Positions 20,001-29,583 of a stretch of DNA of 64,000 nucleotides are shown in pieces. This DNA comes from a virus. Below the pieces are notes generated by a model, which did not search any database, was not told the DNA's origin, and saw only the letters and a program-made list of their open reading frames with translations. Numbering within the stretch: position 1 is the first letter of the stretch; each line of letters starts with the position of its first letter. The stretch is taken from IMG/VR virus record IMGVR_UViG_3300045253_000023, positions 1 to 64,000 of that record. The stretch is one strand, 5' to 3'. The translations under genes and the position numbers were made by a program.

Positions 20001-22416
20001 CAACACTGGTTCTCCTGCCACACCTATTGCGTTGACAGTTGCTCAGACATTGACATTGCTTGGCATCACCAGCGGAGCAAGTGTTTCTTCGGTGGCAATG
20101 ACTGTTCCATCAATCATGTCTGTTTCTGGTTCGCCAATCACAACATCTGGAACACTTGCTGTCACCCTGGCAACTCAATCTCAGAATCTATTTTTCACAG
20201 GACCTGCCTCTGGCTCAGCTGCGACACCAACATTCCGTGCCATTGTTCCTCTTGATCTCGGAACTGGTTCAGCTACAGCAAACAACGTGTTGCTTGGCAA
20301 CCAGACATGGGGTACTGTTCCAAATGCTGGATTGACCAATTCTTCGCTGACTATTGGAACAACAGCAATTTCTCTGGGAACCACAGCAGCAACATTGACA
20401 GCATTCGGAGCTGACCAAGAAACATTCTCGACAGCAGCAACTGTCTCAGCTGCTGGTTCAACTCAAGGTACAGCAACTGCGATCACCAAAGACTTCAACG
20501 TGGCAACAACTGTTGCTGCGTCGACAGGTGTTGTTTTGCCTACAGCTACAGTTGGTCGACGTATCATCGTCATCAACAAAGGCGCGAATGCCCTTGCTGT
20601 CTATCCAGCTTCTGGTGCAGCAATTGATGCTTTGTCTGCAAACGCATCTGTTTCTGTTCCAGTTGGTGGATGGATTGAATTCAATGCTTCAACCACCACT
20701 CAGTGGTATTCAACATTAAATGCAATGTCAACTTCAGCATTAACTGGAGATGTGACAGCTTCCGGAACAACCAACACAATGGCAACTACAATTGCCTCTG
20801 GTGTTGTCACTCTGGCGAAGATGGCAAATTTGGCTGCAAACTCATTCATTGGAAACAACACTGGATCACCAGCAACTCCAATCGCATTGACTGTCGCACA
20901 ATCATTGACACTGCTTGGTGTGACATCAGGCGCTTCTGTTTCTTCAGTTGCGATGACAGTCCCATCTATTCTGTCTGTTTCTGGTTCTCCAATCACAACA
21001 TCTGGAACACTTGCTGTCACACTTGCAACTCAGACACAGAACTTGGTCTTCACTGGTCCTGCTTCTGGTTCAGCTGCGACACCAACATTCCGCGCGCTCG
21101 TGGCGCTTGATCTTGGAACAGGTACAGCAAACAGTGGTGTATTCTTCCGTGGAGATATGACCTGGACCAACCAGCTCGCAGGCAATCTGATTTTGACTGC
21201 TGGCAACTCTGCGTTGATCGGAAACACAACAGCAACAACATTGAATTCGATTGCTCCAACTCTTCAAGTTGTAGGCACAACCAACGCCAAGGCATCTGGA
21301 ATTTTTGGACAATGGACTGCTGATGCTGTTGGTTCAACAATCCAGTTCTCCAAGAGTCGTGGTACTTCAATCGGAACTACAACCGCAACTGCCTCTGGCG
21401 ATGTGGTTGGTAAGCTAGATTTCTGGGCAGCCAATGCCAATGGTACATCTGCAATGGCAAATGCTGGATACTATCAAGTTGTAGTTGACGGTACACCAGG
21501 CACAACATTCTCTCCAGGTCGCCATGAATGGTACACAGCAACTGCTGCGGCTGGTCCAGCTGTCAAGATGACATTGACCAATGGTGGATTGCTTGGAATC
21601 GGTAATACACCACAATGTACGCTTGATGTTTCTGGATTCATTCGTCCTGTTTCTACTGCTGTTGTGGCTCCAACAGGCGGCAAGGGATTGGAGTTGTATT
21701 ACGACAGTGCTGGTGATACTGGTGGTGTTCTTGCATATGATCGTACAGGCGGAGCATATAAACCACTCTCACTCCGTGCTCTGAATTTCACATTTGATGT
21801 CAATGGCACAAATGCGATGGTGGTGACACTTCCAATAGCTGGTGTTGGTCAATTCCGAGCTGGCTCTGGTATATTGGCATGGGGTAGCAATCTCGGCACA
21901 ACTGCTGCCAACTACAATATTGGTGGTCAGGGATCATACACTGGTTGGAATGTAACTGGCGGCAACGGCGAAACAGATTTCATCAATCACAGAGGCGGTG
22001 GTGGCGGCGGATTCTATTTCTACAACACTGATGGATCAACATCAGTTACTGCCATTGCTAAGATCATTGGAAATGGTACTGCTCTCGGTCAATTCTTGGG
22101 AGCAAATTATGGATCAACCGAAATTGCCAAGGGCACAATTACATCAACTGTGACTCTTGACTTTACAGCTGGCATGTATCAATCATTCACATTGACAGCT
22201 TCAACAGCATACACAGTTACATTCACTGCTCCAACAAATCCATGTATGATCTATGTGAAGGTTACAGCACCATCTGGTACTGTGCCTGCTGGTACATGGC
22301 CAACCGTCAAAGGAACAGCATTGGCTTCTCCTATCACATCAAGCAAAGCCAACTTCTATGGATTGTTTTATGATGGCACAAACTATTGGAACATCAGTTC
22401 AGTCTTGAACCAATAA
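17068..22416 (+). CDS. Long tail fibre-like protein with internal duplications
   Basis: 1782 aa rich in Thr/Ser/Gly/Ala; QTIGGxKTF, GN(V/L)(G/N)I and SGTNTGD fibre motifs; related W/YDGTNY domains at both ends. Confidence 0.85.
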   Translation: MSGIQPLYIKPNGSVIKKSELTGSDLTDVNNDVGAAAIAGGAGASPTSLIVTHTPVNYSIGGAIPPVSKYVDTHLAGIDTELGVILGLIGGGSSGWNTGADSPVPSGTTNIDWTVYNAFKVTLPSLHFTQPTITIAFTAPPALPSMLVLELFQPTHLIGWRETNLAGSTLPSLQISGGGIIPASLNQSETLVLTLWWDGTNYNVTSINSSAQYPYGAPTFSTFNAGPGLVSDPGTDGFILTSHGWDVPAFDASAIISGVFSTARIPSLDASIITTGVIATARLGSGTAAANSYLAGDQTYKSALVPASVAATGTVTGSNISGSTSGTNTGDVTLAAVGSTPNANAATLSGQVLNLQPANGTTPGVLTALAQTIGGVKTFTSNPIITGSQPLLDITDTHSGGKHWQLRSGLAGVDVLDFYSVNNSKTLISFQADGNVNIGAGSNPANNSRLYVFGGANGANIDVRGDAAVQDQAVIELEGSDYDTNFNSVRVQNYGVANVFGNTMGYTNTNLQGLMFQGVDTVTAMVVALGNFDIHFGTNFKEWMDLTKLGNLGIHTTSPTANFQVNQATYGPGTVSNGAGGTTVTGVGTQFTNTFKIGDTITIGSETKAISAIASDTSMTTASFTSAHSGLSYTLVGGTRFQVFGNGAATMAGTFTAGNFSGTSSGTNTGDVTLTAVGSSPSANGATLSGQALTLQPADGTHPGLLTSGAQTIGGAKTFSAAISASNLSGTNTGDQTITLTSDVTGSGTGSFATTISAAAVTLAKMANLAANSIIGNNTGSAATPIALTTTQTKALLAIANTDVSGLGTMSTQNSNAVSISGGTITTTGLASETFSTAAAVSAAGSTQGTATAITNDFNVITTVASSTGVVLPTATVGRRMVVVNKGANPLAVYPASGASIDALSANAAVTIPVAGWVEFDASSTTQWYSTFNAISTSALTGDVTASGTTNTMATTIAAGAVTLTKMANLAANSIIGNNTGSPATPIALTVAQTLTLLGITSGASVSSVAMTVPSIMSVSGSPITTSGTLAVTLATQSQNLFFTGPASGSAATPTFRAIVPLDLGTGSATANNVLLGNQTWGTVPNAGLTNSSLTIGTTAISLGTTAATLTAFGADQETFSTAATVSAAGSTQGTATAITKDFNVATTVAASTGVVLPTATVGRRIIVINKGANALAVYPASGAAIDALSANASVSVPVGGWIEFNASTTTQWYSTLNAMSTSALTGDVTASGTTNTMATTIASGVVTLAKMANLAANSFIGNNTGSPATPIALTVAQSLTLLGVTSGASVSSVAMTVPSILSVSGSPITTSGTLAVTLATQTQNLVFTGPASGSAATPTFRALVALDLGTGTANSGVFFRGDMTWTNQLAGNLILTAGNSALIGNTTATTLNSIAPTLQVVGTTNAKASGIFGQWTADAVGSTIQFSKSRGTSIGTTTATASGDVVGKLDFWAANANGTSAMANAGYYQVVVDGTPGTTFSPGRHEWYTATAAAGPAVKMTLTNGGLLGIGNTPQCTLDVSGFIRPVSTAVVAPTGGKGLELYYDSAGDTGGVLAYDRTGGAYKPLSLRALNFTFDVNGTNAMVVTLPIAGVGQFRAGSGILAWGSNLGTTAANYNIGGQGSYTGWNVTGGNGETDFINHRGGGGGGFYFYNTDGSTSVTAIAKIIGNGTALGQFLGANYGSTEIAKGTITSTVTLDFTAGMYQSFTLTASTAYTVTFTAPTNPCMIYVKVTAPSGTVPAGTWPTVKGTALASPITSSKANFYGLFYDGTNYWNISSVLNQ
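19564..21123 (+). repeat. Internal duplication: two ~705-nt copies with 855-nt period
   Basis: The ETFSTAA...DLGTG block starts at 19564 and again at 20419; protein nearly identical, many synonymous differences. Confidence 0.9.
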
Positions 22417-22438
22417 TCTCTGTCATCCTCTGGATGGC

Positions 22439-22445
22439 CTAAATA
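22439..22445 (+). promoter_or_regulatory. Putative late promoter CTAAATA upstream of lysis cluster
   Basis: TAAATA variant closest to T4 TATAAATA; intergenic. Confidence 0.55.
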
Positions 22446-22489
22446 CAAATGATTGGTCTCGTCATACAATTTCACAAGGGAAACATATC

Positions 22490-22801
22490 ATGTCTAACAA
22501 AGAACAAACAAAGGCAGAACCACGTACAGGTATCATGTTCAACGCACAGTTTGTGCAGGTAATTGCCGACTATCTGACCACAAAGCCATACAAAGAAGTT
22601 GCTGGCATCATTTCTGGCCTTCAGACAGGTAATGTGATCGATGATCTCGGCATCGCGTTGATGGACACATATCTGAACAAGAATTATGCAGGTTTCCTGA
22701 ATTTGTCGGAAACTGTCGCGGCTGCTTTGAAGCCTACTGAGGCAACTCCGCCACAAGCGGAAGTCAAAAAAGGCGCAAAGAAAGGTTCAACAAAGGAGTA
22801 A
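22490..22801 (+). CDS. Hypothetical protein
   Basis: 103 aa with AAGGGA SD; YLTTKPYKEVAGII motif of small phage proteins found next to fibre genes. Confidence 0.7.
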   Translation: MSNKEQTKAEPRTGIMFNAQFVQVIADYLTTKPYKEVAGIISGLQTGNVIDDLGIALMDTYLNKNYAGFLNLSETVAAALKPTEATPPQAEVKKGAKKGSTKE

Positions 22802-22807
22802 TGTATC

Positions 22808-23032
22808 ATGGGTTCATATGAAGTCGTTCTGATGTCATTTTTGGTCAAGTGTGTCTTGGCCATGGGTGCTTGGCTCATGTTGCGCTTTGCTTTGGGCAAC
22901 CTCGACAACCTGGCTGGGTTCAGTTTCAAAACATGGATAAACAATGAAAATGGCAGTGATGTTGGCAAGGGCATTTATCTTGGTGCTCGTATTTTTGCCA
23001 TGGCTTACTTGTTCAGCTCAATCCTCTCCTAG
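22808..23032 (+). CDS. Putative holin (two TM helices)
   Basis: 74 aa, two hydrophobic segments, AAGGAG SD, directly upstream of the muralytic enzyme. Confidence 0.6.
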   Translation: MGSYEVVLMSFLVKCVLAMGAWLMLRFALGNLDNLAGFSFKTWINNENGSDVGKGIYLGARIFAMAYLFSSILS

Positions 23033-23636
23033 TACAGAGAGTTCCCAGTTCACAGGGACGATCGTAGAAGGAATTGGAATTCCGAGCGAGATTGAGGCAC
23101 ATCGTGCCTCAATGCGAATTGGCATCACTTTCAAGAACAACAAGTATGATGAGTCATTCAAGAAATACGTTGGCATGTACAACCCAACTCTTGATTGGCG
23201 TTTGTTGAAGGCGCAATGCAACACAGAATCAAATCTGAATCCATTGGCTGAGTCGCCAGGAGTTGGAGCACAAGGTCTCTGTCAGTTTATGCCAGAAACA
23301 TGGGCAGAATATCAGTCTGATCTCCACACTGTCGGTTCCCCATTTGATCCCAAGACAAACATCATGTTTGCGGCATATTACATGCATGTCTTGCGTGATC
23401 AATGGACAGCCAAACGTCCAGAATTCGATCATCATTCGTTGGCTATGGCATCATTCAACGCAGGCACTGGGCATATCGAAAGAGCTCAGAGGAAATGCGG
23501 AAACAAGAGTCTTTGGTTTGAAATTTCGCCATGTTTGGTACAGATCACTGGAGTTGCGAACGCAAAGCAAACCACTGATTATGTCATCCGAAATTGGCTC
23601 ACATACGAGGACATAGTCCTCACACAAAAGAAGTAA
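22944..23636 (+). CDS. Endolysin, lytic transglycosylase (SLT family) with N-terminal signal-like segment
   Basis: LLKAQCNTES (catalytic Glu), GAQGLCQFMPETW, ASFNAGTG and QTTDYV motifs. Exact start uncertain. Confidence 0.85.
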   Translation: MKMAVMLARAFILVLVFLPWLTCSAQSSPSTESSQFTGTIVEGIGIPSEIEAHRASMRIGITFKNNKYDESFKKYVGMYNPTLDWRLLKAQCNTESNLNPLAESPGVGAQGLCQFMPETWAEYQSDLHTVGSPFDPKTNIMFAAYYMHVLRDQWTAKRPEFDHHSLAMASFNAGTGHIERAQRKCGNKSLWFEISPCLVQITGVANAKQTTDYVIRNWLTYEDIVLTQKK

Positions 23637-23646
23637 CAGGTGCATT

Positions 23647-24129
23647 ATGGAAACAATTCTTGCTTTGGGTTTGAAATACTGGAAACAAATCATCGTTGTG
23701 ATGTTTCTTATCTCGATGGTTGGCAGTGTTGTCTATCTCTACAAGGACAATGAGTCCTTGAGTGGTCGTCTTGCGCTTGCGCAGGTTGACAAGAAAGTTG
23801 CGATCGATGATTACAATCGTTTGTCCAAAGCTCAAACAGCTCAGAACAAACAGATTGAAGACCTTCAGTCTCGCAATGCCGATCTTGAAAAGGCATTGAT
23901 GACTTCTCAAACAACCATCAACACAATGGCAGCTAATGCTTCTGTCTTGGTTGGAAAAATCAAGAATCAGGTGTTGCCTCTTGATTGTCAAGGAAAGATC
24001 AACTGGTTGAAGCAACAGGCTCTTCAGATTCAGAAAGACTTCCCAGAAGAAGAAGCTCCTTTGCCTCAGCCACCAGTCAAGTCTTCACTATTGAACCTGG
24101 TTCCATCCTACTTGAAGGGAGGACACTAA
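23647..24129 (+). CDS. i-spanin (Rz-like)
   Basis: N-terminal TM helix, long coiled coil and a C-terminal-region Cys; follows the endolysin. Confidence 0.75.
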   Translation: METILALGLKYWKQIIVVMFLISMVGSVVYLYKDNESLSGRLALAQVDKKVAIDDYNRLSKAQTAQNKQIEDLQSRNADLEKALMTSQTTINTMAANASVLVGKIKNQVLPLDCQGKINWLKQQALQIQKDFPEEEAPLPQPPVKSSLLNLVPSYLKGGH

Positions 24130-24130
24130 T

Positions 24131-24487
24131 ATGAGAAGCGTCGTCAAAATGCTAGTTGTCCTGTTGTTTACAGCAGTCATCGCTGGATGTGACTTAAATC
24201 CAACCAAACCAGTTGAACAACAGATTGTTTACATTGATCGTGTTGTTCATGCTGATCCACCAAAACCAAACGACGTTCAGAAGCCACAAATTCCTGTTAA
24301 ACAATTGACTGGAACAGAATCAGATGATGACACGTTGAAGGCATACGCAACATCAGTTGACTTGCTATTGAATTACAGTCAGCAACTTGAAGCATCTCTG
24401 AAACCATTCTGGGATGCTTACAATGCTGCGATGGCGGCAAAGGCTAAGGAAGCAGCTGCCGCAAAACCACCACAAGGAAAGAAGTAA
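24131..24487 (+). CDS. o-spanin (Rz1-like lipoprotein)
   Basis: Lipobox VIAG-C, Pro-rich linker and C-terminal helix; follows the i-spanin. Confidence 0.8.
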   Translation: MRSVVKMLVVLLFTAVIAGCDLNPTKPVEQQIVYIDRVVHADPPKPNDVQKPQIPVKQLTGTESDDDTLKAYATSVDLLLNYSQQLEASLKPFWDAYNAAMAAKAKEAAAAKPPQGKK

Positions 24488-24488
24488 C

Positions 24489-24863
24489 ATGACCACAGCA
24501 ACCCTTGCAGATATTACACGCGGCGATACTCTCGCGTACAAATTGACGTTCACAACAGACGCCAATCCAGGAGTTGCTGTGGATGTTACTGGTTGGGAAT
24601 TCTGGATGACATTCAAAGTCAATCTGGGTGACCCAGATATCCTTGCTCCTCTCCAGATGTTCTACGACAATCCAACAGCTCCTTCAACTGGAATAGTCAC
24701 ACTTGAGATTCCTGGTGATTGTTGCGATGATCTTCCAATCGGTCTATTGTACTGGGATATTCAGGTTGTCATTCCAGCAAGTTCAACTCACGCCAAATTT
24801 GTTCAGACTGTTCTCTCAGGAACTGTCAACGTTGTTTCTGACGTCACAATCACTTCAGTCTAG
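24489..24863 (+). CDS. Small Ig-like/adaptor structural protein
   Basis: ITRGDT...VDVTGW...LYWDIQV...VLSGTVNVVSDVT pattern of phage baseplate/fibre adaptor domains; start reassigned to ATG 24489. Confidence 0.65.
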   Translation: MTTATLADITRGDTLAYKLTFTTDANPGVAVDVTGWEFWMTFKVNLGDPDILAPLQMFYDNPTAPSTGIVTLEIPGDCCDDLPIGLLYWDIQVVIPASSTHAKFVQTVLSGTVNVVSDVTITSV

Positions 24864-24871
24864 GATATCAA

Positions 24872-25228
24872 ATGAAGACCACTATCTCACAACTTGATGC
24901 TATTGCGGCGCAGGCCACATTGATTGCTAATGCGGGAACTCGTTTGGGAACTCCAAAGGTTTCTGGATTTTTCATCACGGGCGGCAGTATTCATTGGGAA
25001 GCTGATCGTCCTGGAAACATGAATTTCTTGATTCAAGCAGCAAACCTCATTCCACCTGCTCCAAATGCCGTTGCGTTGCTGAACACAGAAACAGGCTTCA
25101 CCGAAGATGTTTCTGGCAACACAATCGTGGTAACAGATACTGGCGCCTTGGTTTTGTATTATGTTGTTTCGGACATCCATGGAAACAATTCTCAATCTGT
25201 GATCAACAGTTTCGCATTTACACACTAA
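24872..25228 (+). CDS. Hypothetical structural protein
   Basis: 118 aa, AGGA SD, tightly packed in the operon. Confidence 0.6.
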   Translation: MKTTISQLDAIAAQATLIANAGTRLGTPKVSGFFITGGSIHWEADRPGNMNFLIQAANLIPPAPNAVALLNTETGFTEDVSGNTIVVTDTGALVLYYVVSDIHGNNSQSVINSFAFTH

Positions 25229-25240
25229 GGATTACAGGTA

Positions 25241-25618
25241 ATGCTCAGAACTTTCCCTGATTTCTATGCGGGCGACTCAATCAACTATGCGTTTGATCTC
25301 AGAGATGACGCTGGTGCTCCGCTGGATTGTCAGAACGCCAAAATCTGGTTGACGCTCAAGCACAAGCCAGAAGATTTGGATACAGATGCTGTGCTTCAAA
25401 CCATGTTTAGAATGCCACAATATTCTGATCTGGCAAAATATGGTAAGGTCTCAATCTTTGTCCCTGGAACCATGACTTCTCCACTTGCAGCAACATTGTA
25501 TTGGTGGGATTTGAAGTTGTGTCTTTGGAATCAAACCACTTGTGCTATGGGCACAGTCAAAACAATCGGCCTTGGTGTCTTGCGAGTCAACCAAGAAATC
25601 ACACGTTCATATTCGTAG
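25241..25618 (+). CDS. Small adaptor structural protein, paralogue of 24489-24863
   Basis: FYAGDS...PLDC....IWLTLK...D.D.DA.LQ...LYWWDL...GVLRVNQEIT aligns by eye with 24489-24863. Confidence 0.65.
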   Translation: MLRTFPDFYAGDSINYAFDLRDDAGAPLDCQNAKIWLTLKHKPEDLDTDAVLQTMFRMPQYSDLAKYGKVSIFVPGTMTSPLAATLYWWDLKLCLWNQTTCAMGTVKTIGLGVLRVNQEITRSYS

Positions 25619-25634
25619 ACATGGGCGGTGATGC

Positions 25635-27356
25635 ATGGCTGACACAATTGTAGTTACATCTCCAGATAGCAGTGGAGTCAACACTGTTGGGCGAGTAAAT
25701 GTCAACACAAAAGATTCAGTCACCAACGCAACGTTGGTCAGAGGAGTAACTGCGCAAGGTGCGGAGATTCCTCCAGTTCAAATATCCACAATCAAAGGAG
25801 ATACTGGCTCAACAGGTCGAGTTGGTCCTAGCGGTGCGCAGGGTGCGCAAGGCGATCCAGGTCCAAGCGGTCCTCAAGGCTCAGTTGGCGCGCAGGGAGC
25901 GAGCGGCGGAGTTGGTCCTCAAGGAGCTCAAGGAACATCTGGTTCACCTGGTGCTGCAGGACCAACTGGATCACCAGGCGCTCAAGGTGCTCCTGGAACT
26001 ATCGGTCCTCAAGGATCAACTGGTCCAACAGGTTCAACTGGAATTGCTGGTCCGACTGGTCCAACAGGAAGCACTGGTGCGCAAGGAGCCACAGGAGCTG
26101 GAGTACCAGGAGCAGCTGGTCCAACGGGCGCAAATGGTCCGACTGGCCCACAAGGATTCCAAGGAGCAACTGGTGCAGGAACACCAGGAATTGCTGGTCC
26201 GACTGGTCTTCAAGGAGCTGTTGGTGGAACAGGCCCAACAGGTTCAACTGGTCCTCAGGGATTTCAAGGAAACACAGGCGGCATTGGACCAACTGGTCTC
26301 CAAGGAGCTGTCGGAACTACTGGTCCGACTGGCGGAAATGGTCCCCAGGGATTTCAGGGTGCTGTTGGAACAACAGGCCCAACAGGAAGCACTGGACCAC
26401 AAGGATTGACAGGAATAACTGGTCCGACTGGACCAACAGGCGGAACTGGACCACAAGGATTCCAGGGCGCTGTCGGAACTACAGGTTCGCAAGGAGCAAC
26501 TGGTGGTTCTGGACCAACAGGACCAACAGGAAATACTGGACCAACAGGATCACAAGGTGCTCAAGGATCACAAGGAGCTTCTGGTCCGACAGGAGCTAAT
26601 GGTCCAACAGGTGCTCAAGGATTCCAAGGTGCCGCTGGTCCAACAGGTGGCACAGGACCAACTGGTCTTCAAGGAGCAGTCGGAACGACAGGACCAACTG
26701 GACCAACGGGTGCTCAAGGTGCCGTTGGTCCTACAGGCGGAACTGGACCACAAGGACTACAAGGAAACACTGGTCCAGCAGGTTCAACTGGTCCGCAAGG
26801 ATTCCAAGGAAACACAGGCGTCACAGGGCCAACTGGTCTTCAAGGTGCGGTTGGAACGACAGGAGGAGCTGGACCAACTGGACCAACAGGCGGCACTGGT
26901 CCGCAAGGCGCGCAAGGTTCAGCAGGAACCACAGGTCCAACAGGACCAAATGGTCCACAAGGATCACAAGGAGCTGCTGGAGGAATAGGACCAACTGGTG
27001 GTAATGGTCCAACAGGCCCACAAGGTTCGCAAGGTGCAGCTGGTGGTGTCGGACCAACTGGACCACAAGGACCAACTGCCACCTTAAATAAGGTCACAGG
27101 ACTTGTTGATTTTGGTTCTGGCGCAAGTGAAGAGAATTCTGCTACAGTATCTGTTTCTGCTGCATGGGTGACACCATCAATGATGTTGATTCCTGTTGTC
27201 ACAGCGTATAGCGCAGATCATGACGATGAAGATGTCAATCTTGATTGTGTGTCTGCTATCACAACGAATATCAACAATGGCGTTGGTTTCGATATTATCG
27301 CATCTGCTCCAGAAGGAACTTGGGGCCGATACAACGTCACTGTCACTGGAGTATAA
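25635..27356 (+). CDS. Collagen-like protein 3
   Basis: 573 aa with about 430 aa of Gly-X-Y ([12 protein letters not shown]) between short N- and C-terminal domains. Confidence 0.9.
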   Translation: MADTIVVTSPDSSGVNTVGRVNVNTKDSVTNATLVRGVTAQGAEIPPVQISTIKGDTGSTGRVGPSGAQGAQGDPGPSGPQGSVGAQGASGGVGPQGAQGTSGSPGAAGPTGSPGAQGAPGTIGPQGSTGPTGSTGIAGPTGPTGSTGAQGATGAGVPGAAGPTGANGPTGPQGFQGATGAGTPGIAGPTGLQGAVGGTGPTGSTGPQGFQGNTGGIGPTGLQGAVGTTGPTGGNGPQGFQGAVGTTGPTGSTGPQGLTGITGPTGPTGGTGPQGFQGAVGTTGSQGATGGSGPTGPTGNTGPTGSQGAQGSQGASGPTGANGPTGAQGFQGAAGPTGGTGPTGLQGAVGTTGPTGPTGAQGAVGPTGGTGPQGLQGNTGPAGSTGPQGFQGNTGVTGPTGLQGAVGTTGGAGPTGPTGGTGPQGAQGSAGTTGPTGPNGPQGSQGAAGGIGPTGGNGPTGPQGSQGAAGGVGPTGPQGPTATLNKVTGLVDFGSGASEENSATVSVSAAWVTPSMMLIPVVTAYSADHDDEDVNLDCVSAITTNINNGVGFDIIASAPEGTWGRYNVTVTGV

Positions 27357-27362
27357 AACAAC

Positions 27363-28808
27363 ATGAGCACAAGAATCAAAGGCGTCTCAAATCTTGCTGA
27401 TGTGGATAGCAACAGCAATCTCAAAACCAATTTGCCGACTGTTATTTCTCAGGCAGGATATGTGATTCCTGTTTCGGAAGTTGATCCAGGTACAATCACA
27501 GGATCATCTCTTCGCAGAGCAATCAACGTGTCGCAAGGTCGAAGAATGGCTGTTGGTCTTGACACTCCGATCTTTGATTTCACATTCAATGCTACAGCTC
27601 AAGACACAAGTACATGGAAATGTGTATTCACAACCATGACTATCACTCAAGGTTCTGGATCAGCATTGTTCAATGCTGGTTCTGCAACTGTTTCTGGCAA
27701 CATTGCTGGACTTCAATCTTGGCGCATGTTCAACTTGCTTGAAGGCGGTCCACTCAAAATCGAACTCTCACTTCTTGCGACAGCTGTTCCACTGACCAAC
27801 CAGGTTGGTGAATGGGGATTGTTCCAGACTGCTGCTACTATTGCTGATGGTGTGTACTTCCGCTACAGCTCAGCTGGTCTGTATGGTGTCATCAACTATG
27901 GTGGCGTCGAAACAGTTAGCAGCTTGCTTCTTGCTTCAATAACAGCAGGAACAACATACAACTTCACTATCATCATCGGTGAAGGTTCTACCGAATTCTG
28001 GTATGATCTTGGTGCTGGCGCAGTTCTCATGGGCACAATCACTACACCAGCAGCCCAATCAGAGCCATTTGCTTTTGGTGCATTGCCTGTCTGCGTTCAG
28101 CAGCGCAACTCCGGAACAGTGTCTGGTTCTCCTCAGATGCAACTGAAATGGTCAGACGTTTCCGTGATGCAGAAGTCATTGAACTTGACTATGCCATTCT
28201 CTGAACAAGTTGCTCTTTGCCGAGGCAATCACCAAGGTATGTCTGGTGGCACCATGGGTATGCTGGCATTGCTGACAAACAGCTTGGCAGCGGGCGCGGG
28301 CGCAGCAATGACAAACACAACCGCTGCCCTTGGTACAGGTTTGGGTGGACAATTTTCAGCTCAGCCAACTTTGGCAGCTGGAACAGATGGAATTGTTTGC
28401 TCATATCAGAATCCAGCTGGTTCTGTCAACCAAACTCCAAGAACATTGGTGATCACAGGTATCCATGTCTCATCAATGGTCAACACTGCCTTGACTGGCG
28501 GACCATGCCAATTCATGTATTCACTTGCTTGGGGTCATACCGCTGTTTCGGCGGCCACTGCTGAATCTGCTTCATTCGCAACCAACACCACAAAGGCTCC
28601 TCGCCGCATGGGAGTTGGACTCGAAACCATCGCTGCAACAGCAGCTGTTGGTGTCACTGGCACTCCTGGCGGCATCCATGTTCTGTTGAATTCGCCTATC
28701 ATTGTCAACCCAGGTGAATTCGTTGCATTGCTGGCAAAGAACTTCGGTACAGTCACCTCTGCTGGTGTTGTTACCTTCCTCGTCACTTTCGATCATCACT
28801 GGATTTAA
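27363..28808 (+). CDS. Beta-rich structural protein, possibly collagen-fibre tip/lectin-like
   Basis: 481 aa, Thr/Gly/Ala-rich beta pattern, coupled between a collagen gene and gp13. Confidence 0.55.
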   Translation: MSTRIKGVSNLADVDSNSNLKTNLPTVISQAGYVIPVSEVDPGTITGSSLRRAINVSQGRRMAVGLDTPIFDFTFNATAQDTSTWKCVFTTMTITQGSGSALFNAGSATVSGNIAGLQSWRMFNLLEGGPLKIELSLLATAVPLTNQVGEWGLFQTAATIADGVYFRYSSAGLYGVINYGGVETVSSLLLASITAGTTYNFTIIIGEGSTEFWYDLGAGAVLMGTITTPAAQSEPFAFGALPVCVQQRNSGTVSGSPQMQLKWSDVSVMQKSLNLTMPFSEQVALCRGNHQGMSGGTMGMLALLTNSLAAGAGAAMTNTTAALGTGLGGQFSAQPTLAAGTDGIVCSYQNPAGSVNQTPRTLVITGIHVSSMVNTALTGGPCQFMYSLAWGHTAVSAATAESASFATNTTKAPRRMGVGLETIAATAAVGVTGTPGGIHVLLNSPIIVNPGEFVALLAKNFGTVTSAGVVTFLVTFDHHWI

Positions 28809-28810
28809 TC

Positions 28811-29575
28811 ATGGGTGCTATCACCAATCTACAATCACCAGAAGACCTTCGCAATTATGCGATGAAGGCACTAGGTTCGCCAGTCATCAATATCGAAATT
28901 GATGAAGAGCAAATCTTTGACCGCATTTCTGATGCCATTCAGAAGTACATCCTCAAGCACTACAATGGCACCAATGAAGTTTGGGACTTCTACAAAGTCA
29001 CGGATGCAGACATCAAAAATGGATTCATCACTGTCCCTGCGAAGTACATCGCAATCCTGGATATGGTCGATCCAATCAAGGATTCATTCGGAACTGGTGA
29101 TGAATTTGATCAGCTGAGTTATCGTCTGGCGAATTCTGACTTCTTTGATTACACTTGGACATTGGCATCGGACATGTTCACGTCATGGTTGGCGTTCCAA
29201 GAGAAACTGGAGCTGATCAAGCAGTTCTTCCAGCCACAGCGTCGCTTCCGTTACAACTCCATGACTGGACAGATGCAGCTCTTTGGAAGTGATTGGCAAC
29301 GTCCAGGCTATTTCTTCATTTGGCATGCATACACATCCATTGATCCAACAGAAAACACCAACATCTACAACGATGAATGGCTGAAGCGATATGCAACAGC
29401 TCTAATTGGACAGCAATGGGGTCGCAACGTGTTCAAGTACAATGGCATTCAACTGCCAGGTGGCGTCACGATGAATGGTATCGAGATTCGCAACTACTAT
29501 GATGCTCAAGTTGCCAAGCTCGATGAAGAATTCCAGAAGTCATATATGCTTCCTATTGACTTCATGGTGGCATAA
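28811..29575 (+). CDS. gp13: Neck protein gp13
   Basis: LRNYAMKALGSPVINIEIDEEQI, YNDEWLKRYATALIGQQWGRN..KY.GIQLPGGVTMNG. Confidence 0.95.
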   Translation: MGAITNLQSPEDLRNYAMKALGSPVINIEIDEEQIFDRISDAIQKYILKHYNGTNEVWDFYKVTDADIKNGFITVPAKYIAILDMVDPIKDSFGTGDEFDQLSYRLANSDFFDYTWTLASDMFTSWLAFQEKLELIKQFFQPQRRFRYNSMTGQMQLFGSDWQRPGYFFIWHAYTSIDPTENTNIYNDEWLKRYATALIGQQWGRNVFKYNGIQLPGGVTMNGIEIRNYYDAQVAKLDEEFQKSYMLPIDFMVA

Positions 29576-29583
29576 GTACCAAC

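Noticed and set aside
19564-21123. Duplicated fibre segment as a diversity-generating retroelement TR/VR pair
   Set aside because: Differences are mostly synonymous and not adenine-specific, both copies lie in one ORF, and there is no reverse transcriptase in the window.
13815-26988. Long alternate-frame and antisense ORFs over the collagen genes (e.g. 13815-14570, 14709-15503, 25759-26409)
   Set aside because: Their V/L/Q/D/E-patterned sequences are the automatic shifted reading of GGN-CCA-ACA/CAA repeats that lack stops; no SD or independent features.
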